NCBI GenBank assembly: GCA_045863855.1
Contig: BTVV01000170.1
Coordinates: forward strand, 1 to 10,934
Reading direction: 5' to 3'
Origin: Planctomycetota bacterium
GTDB taxonomy: Bacteria; Planctomycetota; SZUA-567; H5-PLA8
Length of the DNA stretch: 10,934 bases
The notes beneath the pieces are model-generated. The model was not told where the DNA came from. It searched no databases and worked only from the letters and a program-made list of their open reading frames with translations. Both the position numbers and the translations under genes were made by a program. Below are positions 1 to 7,300 of the stretch, piece after piece (the first letter of the stretch is position 1; each line of letters opens with the position of its first letter).

Positions 1-306
1 ATCGGCGGCGCCGATGTTCTCGAGGCGAACAGAACGGTTGGATTCCCAAGTCTGCTCATAGGCTTCGTAGGTACCCATGGGTGAGCGGCAATTGGCGCCG
101 TCCATGGTCCCGCCTTGGCGCACGAGGTATTCGTGCCGCGCAACCTCCACCGCTTCCACGTGCTGCTTGGGCACGTCGCTGGCGTGCTTACCGGCCGACC
201 ACGGCAGCAGCGAAGCATTCGGTGCGGCCGCGGTTTCGGCGGCGGGAGCGGAACCAACACCCCATAACGTCGTCAGCATCAGCATTCCCATCAAGCGCGC
301 GGCCAT
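1..306 (-). CDS. Secreted hypothetical protein, N-terminal 102 aa only (runs off the left edge)
   Basis: Not in the ORF track; translated by hand from ATG at 306: MAARLMGMLMLTTLWGVGSAPAAETAAAPNASLLPWSAGKHASDVPKQHVEAVEVARHEYLVRQGGTMDGANCRSPMGTYEAYEQTWESNRSVRLENIGAAD, open to position 1. SD AAGGAG (318-313) lies 6 nt upstream, there is a signal peptide with an A-P-A|AE cleavage site, and the start is 31 nt after the GH2-like stop codon. Confidence 0.85.
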   Translation of the reverse strand, partial: MAARLMGMLMLTTLWGVGSAPAAETAAAPNASLLPWSAGKHASDVPKQHVEAVEVARHEYLVRQGGTMDGANCRSPMGTYEAYEQTWESNRSVRLENIGAAD

Positions 307-337
307 GCACAGCTCCTTGGATTCATTGCTTGGTACG

Positions 338-3300
338 TTACCAGCAGAAGAAGCGATACGGGTCGTCCCACGCTTCCGGAACATCAAGATAATAACCATC
401 TAGCCAGCGCTGATCGGAAGGCTTGGCAGGCGTGGAGAAACGCTCGATAAAGGGCGTCTGGCTGGGCGCACCCAGATTGCCTAATACGCGCGCGAGCAAA
501 CTGCTGGTTCTGCGGAAATTGCGTTTGGTGTTGAACGCTTTGGTGTTGCAAGTCCACGGGGTGAGTTGGATCAACGTTAATTGCCCCGCCGTTGCGAGCA
601 CTCCCCCGCCCAGCACCTCGGCTCCGTCCGTCACCAGCGGCACTTCACGCGGATCGCGATTATGGACCTCCGCCGGTCCGCAGCCCACGAAGGGTGAAGA
701 CAAGCCCTGCAATTCAAATTGCGACGAAATGTACTCGGAGGCTTTCGTCTCGATGGCGCCTGGCAAAGATGCTCGAATATCCTTTTGTTCCAATCCAATC
801 GCCAGGACCTTGGCGCCCGCCTGCATTCCTGCGGCCACGGCATCCTTATGCGCGGCCATCTGCTGGCCGCAATCCGGACCCAGCACCAGCAATCGATCCG
901 GTGAAAGCGCTCCGCCCGCGTACTCGGAAACCTGGATGCCTGCCGATTTCAAATGCTTCAGACCTTCGGAAGCGCCGGCGTAAGACACCTGGCGGGGTGT
1001 GGCAGGCTTCCATGCGGAAACATGGGCGATCAATTGGCTGGTCAGACGACGCGCGGCCGGATCCTCTTCGCTACGGCCAGAAACATCCATTTGGCAGAAC
1101 CAGACCGCGCCTTTGCCTTCGCGGTATTCCAGCAGCGGGCTGTACTGCAAGCTGAATCCGCCGTCCAGTAAGGCGAGGAAATCGCCACGCGCAGGTTTTT
1201 CGATCAAGACCGACGCGATATTTCCCCGACATCCGGCACGGTACAGGCGCGTCACCGGCAGCCCGCACCACGAAAAGACAAATCCGTAATTCTGATCCCG
1301 GGAGCGTTCGGACTTGGTGTAATGCGAGAGGAGCGTGGCCGATCCGCGCCAATCGCGCAGATCCTCCTGGGCTAACCCTTCAAATACCGGGTGATCGGGC
1401 ACGCGGACGAATGCATTACGCAATCCGTATTCGGCCACGCGGAATCCGAGGCGCTGCTCCAGCACCTCGGTCGACTGTTCGAAAAGGATCACTTTCAGAC
1501 CGTCCCGAACTCGCTTCAGGTCCGGAGCCGGACCGTCCAGCGTCAGCGCCTCCTTGCCGACAATCAATAGATCGAACGCATCCAAGGCGGTTTTGGCATC
1601 TACCGTCTGACCCTTCACCTTCAGATCTGAGAGCAGCTTGGTCGTCTCTCCCTTCGGATCGAAAAGCGCGATGCGCAGTTGCGGTTGGGGATCCCGCGCA
1701 CGCTCGATGACTCGGATGCGGAACGTATCTTCCTGCGTCTCGCCGCCCTCGAAGACTACCTTTGCGTTCACGCCATACTCGCCAAGCTTCAAGTCGTTCG
1801 GCAATTGAAACATCAGCGGGATGCGGGCTTGCTGGCCGGTCTCGACGCTACCTTTCTGAGCGCCGTTCACCGATTGAGGCAATGCCAAGCTCCAGGATGC
1901 CTCGAAGGCCACCGTCTGACGCGAGTTGTTGATCACGATCACCTGCTTTTCGAACGTCTCTCCGGCGGTAAAGATATGGTCTTTGCTGGTCACGGAAGCG
2001 GGTTTTCCGGCGATATAGGCCAAGAGCGGCATGTTGTTCCGCTCGAGCGCCAGCGCGCCCTCGGTGGGCACCCACGCATCGCGGTCGAATGCGAGATCCC
2101 AGCGCGAGTACCCATCAGCAATGTAGTCGGGGCTGATCCCGGGGCGCTGCAAGCGATCCCAGTCCGTTTTGAGATCGGTGCGAGCGGGACGCTGAAACCC
2201 CGGCTTCAGCTTATATAGGATGCCGTGTTCCCAGGGCGAATTGGCGGACATGCCCCACGTTCGAAACGCGCGCCAATTCTCGGCATAGTAGAGCGCGAAT
2301 ACAGGTTCGCGTTCGGCAAAGTCGCTGGAGCCCAAGACCGCCGGATAATCCCAGCGGAACCAGTTTTGCCCCTTCCGAAATTGCTCCGCTTCCCAACGCA
2401 AGTTCTTCTTTTCGGTTTCGCTCACGCGGTAGGCGCGATCGCCGAAAAACTGGGCATTCCATTCGGCCAGGCAAAACTCCCAGGGAATCTTCGCACTACC
2501 GAAGACTCGTTTTCCGTTCGGCGGACCTTCGGCCGGATACCAACCCCGGTACATCGCCCAGTCCCATGTAAAGGGCACTCCGTACTCACAGGTGAAAACG
2601 GGCTTCACGCCGTTCGAAGACCAGTGTTCGAACCAGTCGGACATTTCCTGAACGGGGACGAAGTTGGTGTAGAAATTTCGCGTGTGAATGACGCCAAAAC
2701 CGCCTGAGGAATGGTGGTACACGATCCGGCTAGGATCGACGCTCCGAATGAGCGCTTCCGCTCGCGAGGCTTTCGCGCGCCCCTTCTCAGTCCAGGTTGT
2801 TGCCGGCTTGTAAATAAGACCCATTTTTTCTGGGTTCATGCCGTGCCCGTCATCGGTTGCGTTGTGGCTGGTGACGTAAAAGACCATCGACGGATGCAGA
2901 CCTGCCACTCGCGCATAGAATGCTGCGTGCTCGCGGTACCCATTCGACTTTTCGGCATCGGGCTGCTCCCAGTCGTAGTGCCCGAAATGCGGCTGCGAGA
3001 GACCGAACAACATGCCAACGTCGTCGGCGGCTCGCAGGATCTCCTCGAAACTCAGATGCGCACCCGGTTGGCAACCGTAATTGTGCGCATACACGTAGTT
3101 GATACCGAAGCGCTTCAAACGAAGCATGGATTCCTTCGCGGCTTCGTAGTTCGCCCAAGCCGCTCCCACCTGCGCGTTATCGAAGGGAACCGAGGAGAGG
3201 AAAATTCGTTTACCGTTCAGGTAAAAGTCGCGTCCGTCGATCCACAACTCCCGGAAGCCGATGCGTTGCGGCGCAAGTGTGTCCAGAGCTTTCCCCTTAT

Positions 3301-4453
3301 CATCCTGCAGCGAGAGTTCCAGTTCGTACTGATGCTGTGGCGTGTGAATGTCCCAAAGCTTTTCCGGCTTCCACGGCCGCGCGAATGTGAGGGGACCGTC
3401 TTGCGCGGCAGCTCCTTGGAACGCATCGCTGGCCAAAGTCGACACGACGCGCCCTGCCTCGCTGATCTTGGCTTCTAGCTTATACGTTCGAGCGGGATCC
3501 AAGTCCGCCGTATGCGCCGCGATTATCAGTTCGCCCTTGCGTACCGACGGTTCCGCTTGGAACCAGGCGATACGCGCTCCAGACGGCGTGCCTTCCAGAA
3601 AAACATCGCCGCATAAGCCGCGCCGATCGACGCCCGCTTTCCCTTCTTTCGGCGCGTTGGTGTCGCCAAAATTCGCGATGGTGTCCCGAAGCGGAAGCGC
3701 TAGGACTTGCATCCTGAGCAGATGCTTAGCGCCCGGCTTGAGCGCCGCCGTCAAATCCAACTCACCGTCGGGGAACTTGATGAATCCGATCTTCTTGCCG
3801 TCCACGTAGACGTGGGCCAGCGAGTTCACGTAAGCGGCCTTGATCGCCACTCGACGGCCGGCCCATGCGGCAGGCACTTCCACTTCGCGTTCATACCAAG
3901 CCCCGGTCAGACTGGAGGTCTTCTCATCCTTCCAGGCCGGATGCGGATACAGCGTTTGGGAATCCTTCATCATGTAGTTGGTAATGCCCGGCCATGGCGC
4001 CGGCACTTTGAAATACCCCCACTGCTCGGTGTTCGCGGATACGACGCGCTCCTCTTGCAAGCGATCGCATTGTTCCGGAAAGTTTGCCTTCAACGCCTTC
4101 ACTGCGTCAGGATATTCTTCTTTCGGAGCCTTACCGGAGTTCTGGTTTTGGACCGCCTTGGCGAGCCGGCTCAGTTCCTCCTGGTATTTCGCGTTCTTTT
4201 TCGTCTCGGGCGCCGCCAGTTCGCGCTCGATGACTTCGATAAACGGCCGGAGCTTCAACGGCTGCCAGCGCCACAGCCCATTCAAGCAGACGCTTTCCCG
4301 AGTGGGCGTCGATTCGCGCCAAGCTTTGTCGAGATTCCAAACAGCGCGCACCCCTTCCGGCAATACCGTCTCGGTCTCCGCCGCGTAGAGCATCCCTCCA
4401 GCCCCCTTCACGAAAAGGACGAGCACGGCCAGCATCAGAATCCGGTTCGTCAT
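338..4453 (-). CDS. Large secreted glycoside hydrolase family 2-like protein (sugar-binding, Ig-like and TIM-barrel domains plus long C-terminal extension), 1371 aa
   Basis: GH2 hallmarks: LNGLWRW, KVPAPW, WYEREVEVP, VYVDGKKIG, PEKLWDIHTPQHQYEL, RIGFRELWIDGRDFYLNGKRIFL, ADDVGML, HPSMVFY, DPSR, KPVFTCEYG. Start moved from the track's TTG 4564 to ATG 4453 because of SD AGGAG (4468-4464) and the signal peptide MTNRILMLAVLVLFVKGAGGMLYA|AE. Confidence 0.88.
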   Translation of the reverse strand: MTNRILMLAVLVLFVKGAGGMLYAAETETVLPEGVRAVWNLDKAWRESTPTRESVCLNGLWRWQPLKLRPFIEVIERELAAPETKKNAKYQEELSRLAKAVQNQNSGKAPKEEYPDAVKALKANFPEQCDRLQEERVVSANTEQWGYFKVPAPWPGITNYMMKDSQTLYPHPAWKDEKTSSLTGAWYEREVEVPAAWAGRRVAIKAAYVNSLAHVYVDGKKIGFIKFPDGELDLTAALKPGAKHLLRMQVLALPLRDTIANFGDTNAPKEGKAGVDRRGLCGDVFLEGTPSGARIAWFQAEPSVRKGELIIAAHTADLDPARTYKLEAKISEAGRVVSTLASDAFQGAAAQDGPLTFARPWKPEKLWDIHTPQHQYELELSLQDDKGKALDTLAPQRIGFRELWIDGRDFYLNGKRIFLSSVPFDNAQVGAAWANYEAAKESMLRLKRFGINYVYAHNYGCQPGAHLSFEEILRAADDVGMLFGLSQPHFGHYDWEQPDAEKSNGYREHAAFYARVAGLHPSMVFYVTSHNATDDGHGMNPEKMGLIYKPATTWTEKGRAKASRAEALIRSVDPSRIVYHHSSGGFGVIHTRNFYTNFVPVQEMSDWFEHWSSNGVKPVFTCEYGVPFTWDWAMYRGWYPAEGPPNGKRVFGSAKIPWEFCLAEWNAQFFGDRAYRVSETEKKNLRWEAEQFRKGQNWFRWDYPAVLGSSDFAEREPVFALYYAENWRAFRTWGMSANSPWEHGILYKLKPGFQRPARTDLKTDWDRLQRPGISPDYIADGYSRWDLAFDRDAWVPTEGALALERNNMPLLAYIAGKPASVTSKDHIFTAGETFEKQVIVINNSRQTVAFEASWSLALPQSVNGAQKGSVETGQQARIPLMFQLPNDLKLGEYGVNAKVVFEGGETQEDTFRIRVIERARDPQPQLRIALFDPKGETTKLLSDLKVKGQTVDAKTALDAFDLLIVGKEALTLDGPAPDLKRVRDGLKVILFEQSTEVLEQRLGFRVAEYGLRNAFVRVPDHPVFEGLAQEDLRDWRGSATLLSHYTKSERSRDQNYGFVFSWCGLPVTRLYRAGCRGNIASVLIEKPARGDFLALLDGGFSLQYSPLLEYREGKGAVWFCQMDVSGRSEEDPAARRLTSQLIAHVSAWKPATPRQVSYAGASEGLKHLKSAGIQVSEYAGGALSPDRLLVLGPDCGQQMAAHKDAVAAGMQAGAKVLAIGLEQKDIRASLPGAIETKASEYISSQFELQGLSSPFVGCGPAEVHNRDPREVPLVTDGAEVLGGGVLATAGQLTLIQLTPWTCNTKAFNTKRNFRRTSSLLARVLGNLGAPSQTPFIERFSTPAKPSDQRWLDGYYLDVPEAWDDPYRFFCW

Positions 4454-4688
4454 GACATTCGTGCTCCTGGGACGCCGCAGCCGGAGACTCCCGACCGCCG
4501 GCCTGATCGTAAACCCTTCCGGGAGGATCGGTTCTGCGCTCAATACACCGGCCAGAAATGACAAGTTTTCCGATTCCGCCTGCTCTATTTTATGGCGCTT
4601 GGAGGTACGATGGCTATAGATAGCAAGTCAAGTTGTGGCGTTTTGTTCAGGCTAGCGACGAATCGGAATTCACTGGTGCAGCACTCGT

Positions 4689-5663
4689 ATGATTCAAGCC
4701 CGAGCCGAATCCGAAACGTGGTTAAGAATCCAGAAACACTGGGAGGTTCAGCAGTTACTGGATGTTCTCACCGAACAGTTACTGCCCCTATTGGAATGTT
4801 CCGGCGCAGAGAACTGGATTGTGCCCGGAAGCGGTGGTGGCAAGCCGGCGATTGGTCCCTACCCTGCCCGGGCGAACGACGACCCACCCGGCGAAGAATT
4901 ACCCGGCAAAATAGCCGACTATCAGAGCCACCGGACCATTGAATGGGTTTTTGGATATGCGGGGTGTGGCGAGTTGGCCCTTGAGGGTAAGCGCTATCTC
5001 GTCCAGCGTGGCGATGTGGCGATCGTTGCGCCAAACGCGGCGCACCAGGAACGCATTCACTTGGCCGGACGGCCGTACCAGATGATCTGGTTCGGCCTGT
5101 ACAACCAAGTGATCAAGATTCACGCTTCGTCATACAACCTCGAAGGCACATTCGAGCGCATCTCGGGCGCGACGATCTTTAATTGCGCGGACATTTGCCG
5201 GCTCCTGCAAGAAGCCACGGAAGAAGCCCAAGTGCGCCCGCGCGCCTGGCGTTCGATGGTGCGCGCGCATGCCGCCGAAGCACTGATACGCATTGCGCGG
5301 CATATCGAGAAGCACGGCCTCTTTGCCGCGCACCAGGATCTGCTGGGCATGGTGGATTTGGTGAAATCCCATATCGAGCAGCATTACGCGGAAGCGCTGA
5401 CGCTGAAACGGATCGCGCAATTGGTGTACCTCAGCCCCAACTACTTCAGTTCGCTGTACAGCGAAGCAACCGGGCAGCCGGTGATCGAGTATATCCAAGA
5501 GGTGCGACTCAAACACGCCTGCCGGCTACTGAAAGAAAGCGCCATCCCCGTAAAAGAAGTGGGCGAACTGGTGGGCTTCCATTCTTCCGCGCATTTCACG
5601 CGGAGCTTCAAGAAGCACGCCGGCGTCTCGCCCAGCGCCTATCGCCAGAAAACGCGCGGCTAA
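4689..5663 (+). CDS. AraC-family transcriptional regulator with N-terminal cupin-like ligand-binding domain
   Basis: C-terminal double HTH (LTLKRIAQLVYLSPNYFSSLY...EYIQEVRLKHACRLL...VKEVGELVGFHSSAHFTRSFKKHAGVSPSAYR) and cupin-like segment (SHRTIEWVF...GKRYLVQRGDVAIVAPNAAHQE). The start is uncertain because there is no clear SD. Confidence 0.92.
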   Translation: MIQARAESETWLRIQKHWEVQQLLDVLTEQLLPLLECSGAENWIVPGSGGGKPAIGPYPARANDDPPGEELPGKIADYQSHRTIEWVFGYAGCGELALEGKRYLVQRGDVAIVAPNAAHQERIHLAGRPYQMIWFGLYNQVIKIHASSYNLEGTFERISGATIFNCADICRLLQEATEEAQVRPRAWRSMVRAHAAEALIRIARHIEKHGLFAAHQDLLGMVDLVKSHIEQHYAEALTLKRIAQLVYLSPNYFSSLYSEATGQPVIEYIQEVRLKHACRLLKESAIPVKEVGELVGFHSSAHFTRSFKKHAGVSPSAYRQKTRG

Positions 5664-5872
5664 TCGGAGCTTGGGAATGACTCCGAACCTGCTGCGTTTT
5701 CAGCCGCAATCCGGTCGAGAACCGTTCCGTAATGTGTATGCTTGAGCACGCTTTCGAATCGCGAGAAGCAACATGACCTGAGGCCATTCTGAAACGCCGG
5801 CTCAGTGCTCCCCACCCCTGCGGTTGGAGGGCACGTAAGCACCGATATCGGTTGGAGTAAGGACCGGGAAAC

Positions 5873-5892
5873 TGGCGGCGAGGGTGGGATTC
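5873..5892 (-). other. tRNA-Ser-like 3' end fragment (possible att site or integration scar)
   Basis: Minus strand reads GAATCCCACCCTCGCC-G-CCA: T-loop 3' half, T-stem 3' strand, acceptor 3' strand, G73 discriminator and CCA. The adjacent upstream sequence lacks GGTTC, so this is not an intact tRNA. Confidence 0.5.
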
Positions 5893-5930
5893 TTCGGCCT
5901 CCGACGCACACCCTCCATGCATCACGTCCA

Positions 5931-5974
5931 TCTTCCTCCTCTCTGGTGGTGAAAGCCACCGACTGGGAGGAAGG
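5931..5974 (+). other. Strong stem-loop capped by a GAAA tetraloop
   Basis: CTTCCTCCT (5932-5940) pairs with GGGAGGAAG (5965-5973); inner stem GGTGGT-GAAA-GCCACC (5945-5960). Confidence 0.55.
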
Positions 5975-6157
5975 AATTACTCCACCTTCTTTGCGCACAC
6001 GACGGCTAAACATTACGGTGAGTAGGACACCGATGGGATCGACGTACGCGGGCCTGCTCTCCATTGCTGAGAAGACCCGCGAAAGGACCTTCCGAAGGCC
6101 ACCTCACCGGTCGTACGCGAGATTCGCAAAGCAACGTGCAAGCAACTTGCGTCGCGG

Positions 6158-7282
6158 TCATCCCCCACGCTGGCGCTTGCGCCACTGCGAGGGCGGGACA
6201 CCGGCGTCGCGCTTGAAGGCGGCAGAGAAGGCGGCGAGGCGCGTGTAACCGGCGCTGCGGGCGATTGCTTCCAGCGGGAGTTCGGATTCGGCGAGAAGCG
6301 TTTCGGCACGGAGGCGGCGGAGGCGACGAAGTTCTTCGGCGGGCCCGCGACCGAGGAGCGCGCGGAAGCGGGATTCGAGCGTGCGGCGCGAGACGCCGGT
6401 GCCGGCGAGCGCGTGCTTAATGCCAATGGGTTCGCCGGCGCGGTCACGCAGGAAGCGCAGGGCGGCCGCGACGGCAGGATCGGAAATGGCGACGAGGTCA
6501 CTGGAAGCGCGGACGACGACGCGCTCGGGCTGAAAAAGGAACGGGCGCTTCGGCGCTGGCTTGCCACGCAGGAGCGCGTGAAGCATCCGTGCGGCGGCGT
6601 GTCCGATGGGCCGAGCGGGGCGCGAGATGCTGGAGAGCGGCGGGTGCGCCAGCGCGCATTGGAATTCGTCGTTATCCACTCCCAACAGCGCGAGGTCTTC
6701 GGGGACGCGCAGGCCCGCGCCGTGGCAGAGTTCGGCGACTTCCCACGCGCGCCCGTCGGTGCAGCAGAAGACGGCGCAGGGCCGGGGCCGTTCACGCAGC
6801 CACGGAACGAGGGCGTCCCAGTGCCGTTCGCCGACCTGAAGGTCGAGGCCACTACGCTCGAGTTCCGCGCGGTATCCGGCGAGGCGCTCAAGGGCGTAAT
6901 GCAGGCTTAGGTTTCCCACGTACGCGAAGCGTTTGAAGCCCAGTTCGATGAAATGTCGAGCGGCCATGCGCCCAACGGCGCGTTCGTCGATGCCCACGCG
7001 CGGGAGGTCTGGGGCGTCGATGCCGTTGGTGATGTTCACGGCGGGGCGGCCCCAGCGGCGGATGAGTTCGGCGTCGGCTTCGCGCTGCACGGCGACGAAG
7101 GCGGCGTCGGCCCACCCGTCGAGAAGCGCGCGGGGAGCGTCGCCGACGAGCGGCTGCATGCGGAAGAGCCACGGGCGGCCGGGCTTGGCATAGTCCATGA
7201 TGCCGCGCATCACGTCGCGGAAGTAGCCCCAAGCCATGTCGAAGAGGAGGGCCACTCGAACGGCCGGTTCGCGCGTGCGCAT
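6158..7282 (-). CDS. XylR-type transcriptional regulator (LacI-type periplasmic-binding-protein-like sensor domain fused to an AraC HTH), 374 aa
   Basis: RVALLFD...YFRDVMRGIMDY, PRVGIDERAVGRMAARHFIELGFKRFAY, RVPEDLALLGVDNDEFQC, PPLSSI, VVVRASSD, VSRRTLESRFR, FSAAFKRDAGVPPSQWR match E. coli XylR architecture. Start taken at ATG 7282, since the track's 7417 start overlaps the divergent promoter. Confidence 0.92.
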   Translation of the reverse strand: MRTREPAVRVALLFDMAWGYFRDVMRGIMDYAKPGRPWLFRMQPLVGDAPRALLDGWADAAFVAVQREADAELIRRWGRPAVNITNGIDAPDLPRVGIDERAVGRMAARHFIELGFKRFAYVGNLSLHYALERLAGYRAELERSGLDLQVGERHWDALVPWLRERPRPCAVFCCTDGRAWEVAELCHGAGLRVPEDLALLGVDNDEFQCALAHPPLSSISRPARPIGHAAARMLHALLRGKPAPKRPFLFQPERVVVRASSDLVAISDPAVAAALRFLRDRAGEPIGIKHALAGTGVSRRTLESRFRALLGRGPAEELRRLRRLRAETLLAESELPLEAIARSAGYTRLAAFSAAFKRDAGVPPSQWRKRQRGG

Positions 7283-7300
7283 GGTCGGGCTTTTACGCGC

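Noticed and set aside
423..4561. Many + strand ORFs opposite the GH2 gene
   Set aside because: Antisense shadow ORFs typical of GC-rich coding DNA, with no recognisable motifs.
4454..4564. 37-aa N-terminal extension of the GH2 ORF (TTG 4564)
   Set aside because: The SD and signal peptide point to ATG 4453.
4603..4631. Minus-strand TTGACT -35 box and GCTAT-AG-ATAGC palindrome upstream of the GH2 gene
   Set aside because: No TANNNT -10 at proper spacing, and the palindrome is too short to call.
5931..5990. Resemblance to RNase P RNA (hairpin then GAGGAA...CTCCA) or a c-di-GMP-I riboswitch (GAAA hairpin)
   Set aside because: The conserved GAGGAAAGUCC and ACAGAA...GGCUUA of RNase P and the GCAAA/GACGCAAA flanks of c-di-GMP-I are absent.
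5873..6108. Intact tRNA or canonical tmRNA gene
   Set aside because: No complete T-arm or anticodon arm, no GGGG 5' end or G3-U70 Ala identity, and no tag peptide.
6126..6141. Sigma54-like element on the minus strand (TTGCACGTTGCTTTGC)
   Set aside because: It lacks the invariant GG at -24 and the spacing to GC is off by one.
5608..6248. ORFs 5608-5931, 5660-6064 and 5805-6248 in the inter-regulator gap
   Set aside because: No domain signal, and they overlap flanking genes. GGEGGI is the usual translation artefact of an antisense tRNA end, and the GGAGG before ATG 5931 is only 3 nt away.
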